Shown here one piece after another: positions 12,901 through 21,269 of a DNA stretch of 64,000 nucleotides. This DNA is from Podarcis melisellensis (taxonomy: Eukaryota). A program made the position numbers and the translations under genes. The stretch is from NCBI GenBank assembly GCA_964234715.1, contig OZ174276.1. One strand, 5' to 3'. Positions within the stretch are counted from its first letter, which is position 1. Each line of letters begins with the position of its first letter. The notes beneath the pieces are model-generated. The model did not search any database and was not told the origin of the DNA. It was given only the letters and a program-made list of their open reading frames with translations.

Positions 12901-13851
12901 AGCTCCACGTAGGTCCAGCTTGGTGAAAATCTTGCCCCTCCTGACGGTCGCTAAAAGGTCGTCAATCTTGGGCATGGGGAAAGCTTTGGGCTTAGTCAAG
13001 CTGTTGATGAACCTGTAATCCACTATAAGCCTTTTTTGGGGCGTGTCCTTCTTCTTCACAAAGAAAACAGGGCTGCCTCCCGCTGCTTTAGATTCCCGGA
13101 TGAAACCTCGCTTGAGGTTATGGTCTATGAACTCCCGAAGCTCTTGCATTTCGTCTTCCGACATGGAGTACAGCTTGGCAGCAGGCAATTGCGCCCCTGG
13201 CACTAAATCAATCGCGCAGTCGTAAGGTCTATGAGGCGGCAACTTGTCAGCTTCCTTCTCACAGAAAACCTCCAAGAATTCCTGGTACTTGTGAGGCACT
13301 GTTTGCACCATACCCAGATGTAATGGCTGCTCAGCTTCTCCTCCCTGATCGGTCTGAAAGCAATGCTGAGCACAATACGATGAACAAAAGTTGATCTGCC
13401 TCTGGTACCACGCAACCGCGGGACTGTGCCTCTCCAGCCAACTCATGCCTAACACGATGGGTGTGTCCGATAAGTGGGTGACATTGAAACTAATAAGCTC
13501 TCGATGGTTGCCAATCTGCATCATCATGGGAGGGGTTTGCTGCACCACTTGCCCCCCCAGCAACTTCCTGCCGTCCACCGTGACCACGTTCAGAGGCGTC
13601 GTTGCAGGCAGGAGCGCCATGTTGTGCTGCTTAACGAACTGCAGTCCCATGAAGTCGGCGTTGCTTCCCGAATCGATCGTTATTGGAACCTCGAGGAGTC
13701 TCCCATCAGGCAACTGGAGTGTTGCTGTGAGCAGAACTGCCGGTTTGGGAGGCAAAGGGTCCACGCTCTGCAGTGATGCTGGGGGCTTGTCTACAGATCC
13801 GCCTGGCTGAGCCCCAGTAGCTCTGCTTCCAGCCAGGCACTGTCGTTTCCC
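9331..13851 (-). CDS. pol: Pol (protease, RT, RNase H, integrase, chromodomain, long C-terminal tail), entered by -1 frameshift
   Basis: IDSGS protease; KLDLRGAYN, MPFGL and FLDD in RT; VETDASD RNase H; HHCC, DDE and GPY/F in integrase; no stops until 9333-9331. Confidence 0.97.
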   Translation of the reverse strand, partial: GKRQCLAGSRATGAQPGGSVDKPPASLQSVDPLPPKPAVLLTATLQLPDGRLLEVPITIDSGSNADFMGLQFVKQHNMALLPATTPLNVVTVDGRKLLGGQVVQQTPPMMMQIGNHRELISFNVTHLSDTPIVLGMSWLERHSPAVAWYQRQINFCSSYCAQHCFQTDQGGEAEQPLHLGMVQTVPHKYQEFLEVFCEKEADKLPPHRPYDCAIDLVPGAQLPAAKLYSMSEDEMQELREFIDHNLKRGFIRESKAAGGSPVFFVKKKDTPQKRLIVDYRFINSLTKPKAFPMPKIDDLLATVRRGKIFTKLDLRGAYNLIRIRKGDEWKTAMFTPLGTYEYRVMPFGLQNGSHVFQAFMHHVLAGLLYKKCVCFLDDILIFSESSEDHDKDVREVLQRLKDHRLYAKLEKCQFDVREVDFLGYKLSDEGLAMDRAKVQALLDWKSPRNRKEVQRFIGFANFYRKFIKGFANATAAITDTLSSKKKKFVWTEQAERSFRTLKGLFASEEQLLHVNPGRPMRVETDASDRAVGAVLLQEDSQGNWRPGAFYSRKLSKTERNYTIWDRELLAIHAAFKAWRHFLIGAKHTVQVRTDHKNLEYWRTAKLQTQRHMRWAEFFADFDFKIEYIPGDSNVIADALSRKPQYLEEAAPIAAKHIFAPQAWTCATIAVDLDAVRRALQRDQFAQSKMEELRGGSRHNDEFQLQDGLLTRKGALYVPTDELRAKVLQQLHDAPSAGHFGKEKTMELVARDFWWPQMRGEVADYVARCDICQRSKPVHQKQAGLLEPLETPQQPWERVALDFVTDLPSSRGKTAVLVVVDLFTKMAHFIPCAKVATAEQTAKLFIDHVFRVHGLPQSVLSDRGRQFVSTFWRKLLGILHVKINLTSARHPQTNGQAERVNAIMQQYLRCYANQRPAAWVDYLPMAEFAYNNTKHASTGVTPFFANNGRHPRTFPRFAAPGGGGPQDADQFAAELQEVHEELRRHLELAKQAYKVQADKHRRAGEDIQVGDWVWLAAHAMPARSLAKKKLGHRQLGPYQVEAKINPVAFRIALPEGSRVHPVFHRSVLTPYKTPHRFQESGAPPEPRRRAPERGESPRPEPLNEVTEILDSRWGEEGVEYFLAREGTPAAANSWVPGYELDEPLLKEEFHALFPHRPMPAEYFDDWLFTPTLSDSTFRGFSSPEERTPESSPPRGSCSGVDTETPYWWEEQPEEEWRKRWLIGPWRAAPEEVAMEAETEKHLGEEPDFEYTYTELPAENIDVHDLYPEPTPEEPQFPQPVPGEREGGRGGFEGGMDVRVSGREEEMTEETESEWEEGQKDEEEDDGILRESTSLSSESEDSQKGVTLIKQRGGEGRSGEEPSGRQRKQETSQPERSKGGGVVSLSEGAGLGENRERGLEQGVQPERVESRAGGGVAVERKVSSNVRAPSSNVEARGSGESSGEEPGPKARKRGEEAAEDSASGESRREGTQGGRKTLRKRKERKRWSRARLLSWCGRGEESEGTSAV
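9968..10004 (-). promoter_or_regulatory. Polypurine tract
   Basis: The - strand reads ...GGGAGGGGGGAAGGGGGGGCTTCGAGGGGGGGATGGA directly before the 3' LTR. Confidence 0.9.
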
Positions 13852-14867
13852 TGAAGCTGCTCCCCTGGTTGCACCTCTGCTGTTACAGTTGCCAGCGCTG
13901 CAGTGTGCTTCTGGAGCCTCTGGGGGCACTCTTTCGCCATATGGTGCGCACTGTCACAGATGTAACACTTCCTGGTTCCTCTAGGAGGCTTCGCTTTGGC
14001 TGCACCAGGGACAGGGCTCTGGGATGGCTTCTGAGCCCTAGCACCACCAATCTCCATTGGCTCCTCTCTGTCCTTCCCCATTGGCGAGGGGTGCGCACGG
14101 CTGAAGTCCCTGTGCCCAAAAGGGAGAGTCCTTGCTTGCGCACGCGCTTGGGGCCCGTCCTCCTCATGCCACGGACGCCCCTCATGTCGAATTCCAAGAG
14201 CTAAAGCCCGTTGCACCACGTCTTCTAGGGTCTGGGGTCTGTCCCCCCTAGCGATCTCATCCTTGATGGGGGGGCTCAATCCCTCCCAAAAAAGATCTCT
14301 GACCAGTTTACTGTCCTTTGGCCAATCTAAGGCGGTGAGCAATGCAAAAAATTTAGAGTGGTATTGGCGCACAGTCGCTTTCCCCTGCCTCAGCCCGTGC
14401 ATTTGACGGCGCGCAATGTCCACATCCACAGAGGATTGAAAACAAGAATCCATCGCTTTGATGAACGCAGTTGAATCGCGACGGGCCGGTCCATCTTCGC
14501 GCCACAAATTGCGTAGCCAAGCCCTGGCCTCCCCATGCAGGTGCGAAACAATGAACCCCACTCTCTCCTCCTCATCTTTAAAATCGTGACGGAGTAAGTG
14601 CAGTGCATATACAACGTCCGCTCTGAAATTGGGATAGTCTTGCAAGTTGCCATTAAAATGCGGAACTAGGGCACCCCCCCTCCGTCCAAGCGCAATGCCC
14701 TCCGCTCTGGATCCTGGGGCCCCCGCCTTGTCCGCGCGCTCCCACCTTGCCTGCAAATCCTGGCACGTCTTCTCCAAGTCGTCATTCTTCGTCTGCGAAG
14801 CAATGACTGCCGATGTGAGAGCGGTAACCTGATTCCGCAATGCAACCAGCTGCTCCTCAGCGCTCAT
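13791..14867 (-). CDS. gag: Gag (358 aa: coiled coil, capsid, CCHC nucleocapsid)
   Basis: ATG at 14867 in GCAGCCATG context; LRQG..V.QY...F capsid motif, EPMEIG, zinc knuckle CYICDSAHHMAKEC. Confidence 0.95.
   Translation of the reverse strand: MSAEEQLVALRNQVTALTSAVIASQTKNDDLEKTCQDLQARWERADKAGAPGSRAEGIALGRRGGALVPHFNGNLQDYPNFRADVVYALHLLRHDFKDEEERVGFIVSHLHGEARAWLRNLWREDGPARRDSTAFIKAMDSCFQSSVDVDIARRQMHGLRQGKATVRQYHSKFFALLTALDWPKDSKLVRDLFWEGLSPPIKDEIARGDRPQTLEDVVQRALALGIRHEGRPWHEEDGPQARAQARTLPFGHRDFSRAHPSPMGKDREEPMEIGGARAQKPSQSPVPGAAKAKPPRGTRKCYICDSAHHMAKECPQRLQKHTAALATVTAEVQPGEQLQGNDSAWLEAELLGLSQADL
13801..13851 (-). promoter_or_regulatory. -1 ribosomal frameshift signal
   Basis: G GGA AAC at 13851-13845 in the gag/pol overlap, a 6-nt spacer, then the 9-bp stem GCCTGGCTG/CAGCCAGGC. 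Confidence 0.9.
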
Positions 14868-14914
14868 GGCTGCTCCCGTTCGTGAGCTTCGCAAAAAAAA
14901 ATTTTTGCTTTTTG

Positions 14915-14925
14915 AGAGGGGACTT
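14915..14925 (-). promoter_or_regulatory. Self-priming primer binding site
   Basis: AAGTCCCCTCT begins 2 nt after the 5' LTR and is the exact complement of LTR 15079-15069 (AGAGGGGACTT); no TGG tRNA-type PBS is present. Confidence 0.85.
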
Positions 14926-14927
14926 AC

Positions 14928-15694
14928 TGTCACGGCCACCCAGGTCTGGTCCCAGCTCACAAGAGACCTCACTCCGTTGCAGCTTATTTACAGGAAAAGT
15001 TTATTGAAGATTTCTGCTTCTCATACAGTTCAGCATTGTGGCCGTACGTCTGCCACGTTAGACCGCTGAAGTCCCCTCTGACTCCTCCCCTCTTCCGCAC
15101 CAACTTAATAGCCTGGCTCTAGACCACCTCTTCCTCTCCTTTCTTTTCCGCAGGGTCTTCCTGCCCCCCTGGGTTCCCTCTCTCCGTGACTCGCCTGAGG
15201 CTGAATCCTCTGCCGCCTCTTCCCCCCTCTTTCTGGCTTTAGGGCCGGGCTCCTCCCCTGAGCTCTCTCCACTTCCGCGCGCCTCTACGTTTGAACTTGG
15301 CGCGCGTACGTTGCTGCTGACCTTTCTTTCGACCGCTACACCACCCCCTGCTCTGCTCTCCACCCTTTCCGGCTGAACACCCTGCTCCAACCCCCTCTCT
15401 CTGTTCTCTCCTAATCCTGCTCCCTCCGAGAGGCTGACGACTCCACCCCCTTTACTCCGTTCCGGCTGAGACGTCTCTTGCTTCCTCTGTCTTCCACTGG
15501 GCTCCTCTCCGCTTCTCCCTTCTCCTCCCCTTTGCTTGATTAAGGTAACCCCCTTTTGAGAATCCTCTGACTCGCTGCTCAGACTCGTGGATTCCCTCAG
15601 AATTCCGTCATCTTCTTCCTCATCCTTCTGCCCCTCCTCCCACTCGCTCTCCGTCTCCTCTGTCATCTCCTCCTCTCTCCCAGAAACCCTGACA
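14928..15694 (-). repeat. 5' LTR
   Basis: No differences from 9201-9967 by eye. TATTAA at 15110-15105 and AATAAA at 15005-15000 on the - strand. Confidence 0.97.
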
Positions 15695-16522
15695 CATAGC
15701 ATGGAATCTCAGCATCACCAAATATATAGCCAGGTGCTGAACACCATTATCTCACAAAAGCTTGGGTGAACAAATAGGTCTTCAATTGATGCCTGAACTT
15801 TAAAATCAAAGAAGAGAACTGGAGTCCCAAGGGAAAGGAGTTTCACAGTAAGGGTGCCACCACAAAGAAGGCTCTGTCTTGTATGCACAACCACTAAACT
15901 TTAGCAGGGACTTTAATATTTATGTAACTGTTGATGTCACAGACTCCTGCAATATGAACTTGCTCGTTTTAGCCTAGCCTATGAAGCAGCCTTTGTGGAC
16001 CACACATATCCACCTAGCTCAGTATTGTTTTACACTAACTAGAGGTGTTTTCCGGCTTTACCTGGATATGCCGGAAATTGAATTTAGGACTTTTGGTATG
16101 CAAAGTGTGTGCTCTACTAGCAAGCTATGGCCACTGCCTCCTGGATGGTGGTATTTTCTCTCTAACTACAGAATGAGTGCCGACAGGAAGGAGCCTGCAC
16201 TTTGGACTCTTGCAAAAGCCTCGCCCTGGTCTCCCGGAAGAAGTGAAAGTTATTAAGAAAAGCTACATGTCTAGAGTTTTATTGCTTTCTAATCTCAATT
16301 ATGTTCCTTAACTCATTATGGCTCAGTTGGGTAGCGCAGGGGCTTACAGACCTTTTCATAGTGTCCTTAAAAACAAACAAACAAAAAATGTCTAAGCCAG
16401 GGGTACACCTGCAAACTGAAGTAACTGTTGTGGGTGCCACACACACAATTTCACTTACCCCTCCCCAGTTGTACCCTTCCCCACATTGCAATTGCCTCCT
16501 TCACCGCAGGAGCCTTCTATTG

Positions 16523-16747
16523 TAGTGGTACCTCAGGTTACATACGCTTCAGGTTACAGACTCCGTTAACCCAGAAATAGTACCTCGGGTTAAGAACTTT
16601 GCTTCAGGATGAGAACAGAAATCGTGCTCCGGCGGCGCGGCAGCAGCAGGAGGCCCCATTAGCTAAAGTGGTCTTCAGGTTAAGAACAGTTTCAGGTTAA
16701 GAACAGACCTCCAGAACGATTTAAGTACTTAACCCGAGGTACCACTG
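16523..16747. mobile_element. Tc1/mariner-superfamily MITE, family A
   Basis: TIR (c)agtggtacctc...gaggtaccactg, TA flank; second copy at 17532. Confidence 0.88.
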
Positions 16748-17531
16748 TACTTTCATGGACAGCTTCTTTCAAGCCTAATTTCAGCAGGTGGCAGGGAAAG
16801 GGAATGGGACACTGTGGGCATTAAGGGAGCACCCATTGTAAATTCATGGTTTAGGCTGACTAAACAGAATTTACTCTTTCACATTCTGTCTAGAATATTA
16901 GGTGAGGAATGTCAAGATTCTAAAGCTGCACTCCAGTAACAACCATAAAAAATTACCTAGCCTAAGCTTATACTGGTGAGGAAAAATCTAATGAACCCTT
17001 TCAAGTGGAAGCCCTCCACTAGGGCTTCCACTTTTGCAATGGGGCTTTCTTCCTGCGCCACCGATAACATCACATGGGGAGGGGAGGGAAATTGTTCTGT
17101 CCAGCAAGCTGATGTGCTTGTGCAAGGGGAACATGTAGCATAGCCCAGTGTTGAATTCCACCCCTTGTTAGTACCCATTTGATATTTCAAGATGTGTACC
17201 TATGCTAGTGGCAAGCAATTTCTTTAAAGAGTTTTCTTATTCTTATGGAGTATTTAGAACAGACCCAGAGCCTGAGAGGAAACATGACAAAAGCAGAATT
17301 CAAAACATTCCTTAGATGGAATTGCTCTTCCTTATTAAACTTCTGCCTTCCTCTTTTCTTTTCTTTTTGCCCTGAGGCTGACAGGTGATTTGAACTTCCA
17401 AGTATATTGTTGGATTTGTAACTATATAGCTGAAATCATTCTTGAAATGCCCAGGGTATTTTTCCTGTTAACTGTAGACGTTCTTGTCAGCACAATGATG
17501 CAACTTTAAATTGTGAAAACTGTGGCATATA

Positions 17532-17950
17532 CAGTGGTACCTCGGGTTACATACGCTTCAGGTTACAGACACTTCAAGTTGCAGACTCTGCTAACCCAGA
17601 AATAGTACCTCAGGTCAGTGGCGTAGTGGGGGGGGGTGCAGGGGGGCCGGCCACACCGGGCGCAACATCTGGGGGTTAGGGTTAGGGGGCGCAAATCCAC
17701 GGGTTAGGGGGCACAAATCCACGGGTTAGGGGGCACAAATTACTTGCCTTGCCCCGGGTTATGACAACCCACGCTACGCCACTGCCTCGGGCTAAGAACT
17801 TTGCTTCAGGAAGAGAACAGAAATCATGCTCCAGTGGCGCGGTGGCAGCGGGAGGCCCCATTAGCTAAAGTGGTGCTTCAGGTTAAGAACAGTTTCAGGT
17901 TAAGAACGGACCTCCGGAACGAATTAAATACTTGACCTGAGGTACCACTG
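17532..17950. mobile_element. Tc1/mariner-superfamily MITE, family A, interrupted by a nested hAT MITE
   Basis: TA-cagtggtacctc...gaggtaccactg-TA; colinear with 16523-16747 apart from the insert. Confidence 0.9.
17616..17784. mobile_element. Nested hAT-type MITE
   Basis: TIR cagtggcgtag/ctacgccactg; 8-bp TSD cctcaggt/cctcgggc (empty site cctcgggt). Confidence 0.88.
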
Positions 17951-19059
17951 TACAGTACATCCAAGAGCTCTACATCTGTTTGTGAGAAGGATGCAAGAGA
18001 TTGCGGGGGGTGGGGGGTGGAAAATGCACCTCTCAGTTGCATAACCCAATATTGTAGGCAACTGCCTTGAGGAGTCATGCTTTCATATGCCATATTAGGG
18101 GCTTTTCCTTTTGTTTGTTTCACTCAGAGGAGGGAGTGATATTGAAACCATCACTATGATTAAAAGTTGACAGCAGCAGAACAGCAGGAGGTGAGGGCCA
18201 TACAAGAGATGTAAACACAAGGTAGCCACACAGAGAGCCATTGTCCTGAACAATTTACAGTTTAAGAATGAGAGATTGTTAACGCCACGCACTCAAGCTT
18301 CCAACGGTTCTGTTGTGCAGCAAGGCAAACATTTATTCAGTACTACTGATCACTTACATCGCCTGAAAGCAGAATTCACACACACAAACCTTGTACGATT
18401 TGGCATTCATCCAAGGCATTAAATAACTCATTCTCTCCTCTTAACGGTCGCTTCCTCTCTTTCCCCTGAACAATCTGGGACACCTTCATTCCTCTGCTGT
18501 TTCCAAGCACATAAATATCCATAGAGCTTCAGGAATGGCCTTAGTGATTTGCTTTGTTTCGTTTCCCAAGATTAAAAAAAATAAAAGAAGCAAAGTTGCT
18601 CCCTCACACTGATTTAATCACCTTCTCCTAAACTCCATGCCAACTCCAGACTCCTGTTCCTGGTTTCCCTCCTTCTCCAGCAGTGAGGTAATGTCTCCAA
18701 GGTGACACTGGATTTGCATACTGAGTGCAGGCTTTCTGTGTTAAGTGTCCCAGAGTTGATAATATAGGTTTAGGGATAGAATAACTGTTGTGAGAAAACT
18801 GCAAGCAGGTTGCCCTACCATTAGTGAGGCAGCCATCTAAGGTTCTGAATGCCAGGGCAGGGTGAGGCGGGGAGAAGTAGCAAGGTGTCGAAGGACAGCA
18901 TTGTGTGTGCCAGGTGGCCTACCCTGTGCCCCCTAAACTAGCCTGCTGTCCTCAAGATGTGGCAAAGGACGTTGTCCAGTAGACAACGAAATAAGATTCA
19001 ACTTGGAATGGACGATGGGGGCAACTTGTCCTTCACCTCAGGCAACGAAGTACCTTAGT

Positions 19060-19501
19060 ATGCCTCACGGAGGACCTTAAGGTTCACAAATGACAATATT
19101 TTAGAGGTCCCAAGTCACAAGGTGGTTAGACTGGTCTCAACTAGGGCCAAGGCCTTTTCAGTACTGGCCCTGACTTGGGGGAACACTCTGTCACAAGAGA
19201 CTAGGACCCTGCGGGACTTGACATCTTTCCGCAGGGCTTGCAAGACAGAGCTGTTCCACCTGGCCTTTGGTTTGGACTCAGTCTGACCCTTATGTTTCCC
19301 TCCCCTTATGGTTTTGATCTATGGGCTACTTTTAAAATGAGGCTGCATTTTAAATTGCATTTTAACCTGTATTTTAAATTGGTTTTCCCCACCCCGCTTC
19401 TATGTTTTTACTGTAATTTTTACTGTTGTTAGCTGCCCTGAGCCCGACTCTGGCCAGGGAGGGTGGGGTATAAATAAAATTCAATATTATTTATTATTAT
19501 T
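19060..19501 (+). mobile_element. L2-type LINE 3' fragment
   Basis: Degenerate RAFSV.AP..WN.L motif, then ...gctgccctgagccc...ataaataaa and a (TTA)n tail. Confidence 0.75.
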
Positions 19502-19868
19502 ACCTTGGGCCAATGCTACTGCACACAGCACAGGCTTTTGGAAGAAGGCTGGAGGACTCTAGGTCCCTATCAGAGCCTTCACGCCTCCTTCTCAAAGTCC
19601 AGTGCCTCCTTACCCTGCTTTGGGTAGGCAGTGTAAGGGCTGCAGTGAGGAGGTTGTCAAATGTTGCCAAGGGCCACCAAAAAAAGCCTTGAGGGCCGCA
19701 TGCTGCCCTCGGGCCACGTGGTGGACTACCATGTGCTAGGCCCTAGCAAATGGGGCAGAGTTGTGCCCAGTTGCTGTGTAATTTCTCACATTGTTGAATC
19801 AACACCTGGCCCTATCATTAGGTAGAGTGAGGTGGTTGCCTCAGACATAAAAGGCCATAAATTGTTTT

Positions 19869-20068
19869 CGAAAAATTTAAAAATTTAAAAATTCCTTCCA
19901 GGAGCTCTTGTGTGCATGCACACTTCTGAAGTGTATCTGAAGAAGTGTGCATGCACACGAAAGCTCATACCAATAGCAAACTTAGTTGGTCTCTAAGGTG
20001 CTACTGGAAGGAATTTTTTTGTTTGTTTGTTTCGACTATGGCAGACCAACATGGCTACCTACCCGTAA
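19869..20068 (+). mobile_element. Penelope-like element pLTR fragment with an inverted partial copy
   Basis: Hammerhead core plus ttagttggtctctaaggtgctactgga; an inverted duplicate on the left; flanked by the direct repeat ataaattgtttt. Confidence 0.8.
19933..19970 (+). ncRNA. Minimal type I hammerhead ribozyme motif
   Basis: GTAT-CTGAAGA-A-GTGTG(CATG)CACAC-GAAA-GCTC-ATAC. Confidence 0.7.
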
Positions 20069-20106
20069 ATAAATTGTTTTGTGTGTCATAAAAGACCATA
20101 AATTGT

Positions 20107-20149
20107 GAAGAAGAAGAAGAAGAAGAAGAAGAAGAAGAAGAAGAAGAAG

Positions 20150-20179
<30 letters not shown>
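20107..20179 (+). repeat. (GAA)24 microsatellite
   Basis: Uninterrupted run. Confidence 0.97.
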
Positions 20180-20180
<1 letters not shown>

Positions 20181-21018
20181 TATTATGACTGTTGTTTTAC
20201 ACTTAGAGAGAGATGCTTTAGGGATTTTCTGTTGCAGGTGCGAAACTTAGAGTCTGATGCAAATGGTCTGCAAGGGCACTATTTGTTGTTCCAACTCAGG
20301 CAGAAAAAAGTTGTAGATTGGCCTTGTTGAATCCCCAAGAACTGCAAAGTTCTCAGCTTGTTGGTAGTCAAGCCGATGGCTTTGCTGGATTATAAGTACA
20401 TTTCAGTATATTTTCCCCCCTATCCCAAAACAGCTATCAAGTTTATGAGATGGCGGGAAAGACATCACAAGGATATTATCTGAGAGGTGATACGAGGAGT
20501 TGATACCCAGGGCTTTGATAGGGAGAGAATGAGGCTTGGAGCCAAAACTCTGTTTACATCTGGCATTACAATCTTTTCAGTAGGAGATTTAAGACCTTCC
20601 TTGTTGTCCAGGCTTTCCATATGAAATGTTAAGTTGCAACTGTATTCTCTGTTCCTTAGTTTATTGTTTTTAGCCCGCCTTTTATTATGCTAGTTGCTAT
20701 TTTAATATTTTACTTCTATGCTGTGTCAATTGTTTTCATACTTTTAAACACAACCCTGAAATCTTTTGATGGGAGGTTAAGAAATATTTTAGCTAATTAA
20801 ATAACAGCAAGGGCTCCTCCAGGCATTGGCACAGAGCCTTTCATTTCTCAGTTATTCTTATCTTTGCTGAAGAAAGCCAAAGCTAGCCCAAGATTATCAT
20901 TCAGCTACATGGAATTAATACTGTGGGTATTTTAAATCAGTTTTGAAAAACACATAACAAGACAATACAGTAAATCATTTAAAATGCATGCATAGCACAG
21001 ATTTGTAGAAATAAAACA

Positions 21019-21269
21019 TAGTCGTACCTTGGACGTTGAACAGAATCTGTTCCGGAAGTCCGTTCGACTTCCAAAACGTTTGGAAACCAAAGTGTGGCTT
21101 CTGATTGGCTGCAGGAAGTTCCTGCAGCCAATCAGAAGTCACGGAAGCCCTGTCGTATGTTTGGGTTCCAAAAGAACGTTCGCAAACCAGAACAATCACT
21201 TCCAGGTTTACAGCATTTGGGAGCAAAAACATCCAAGTTCCAAGGCGTTCGGGATCTAAGGTACGACTG
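21019..21269. mobile_element. Tc1/mariner (Tigger-like) MITE, family B
   Basis: TIR agtcgtacctt/aaggtacgactg; internal palindrome ctgattggctgcagga...tcctgcagccaatcag. Confidence 0.85.

Larger units (their letters stand above)
9201..15694 (-). mobile_element. Full-length Ty3/Gypsy chromovirus (Tf1/Sushi-like) LTR retrotransposon
   Basis: Two 767-bp direct repeats with TGTCA...TGACA ends, CATAG TSD (9196-9200 and 15695-15699), intact gag and pol in PR-RT-RH-IN-chromodomain order. Confidence 0.98.

Noticed and set aside
9860-14832. Numerous + strand and alternate-frame ORFs within the retrotransposon
   Set aside because: They are shadow ORFs of GC-rich coding sequence with no recognisable domains.
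14868-14972. N-terminal 35 aa of the 393-aa gag ORF call
   Set aside because: The start is non-ATG and lies inside U5. The first good ATG is at 14867.
15058-15702. 214-aa ORF as an independent gene
   Set aside because: It is the 5' LTR copy of the Pol tail. Its start lies in flanking DNA and nearly all of it is upstream of the predicted TSS.
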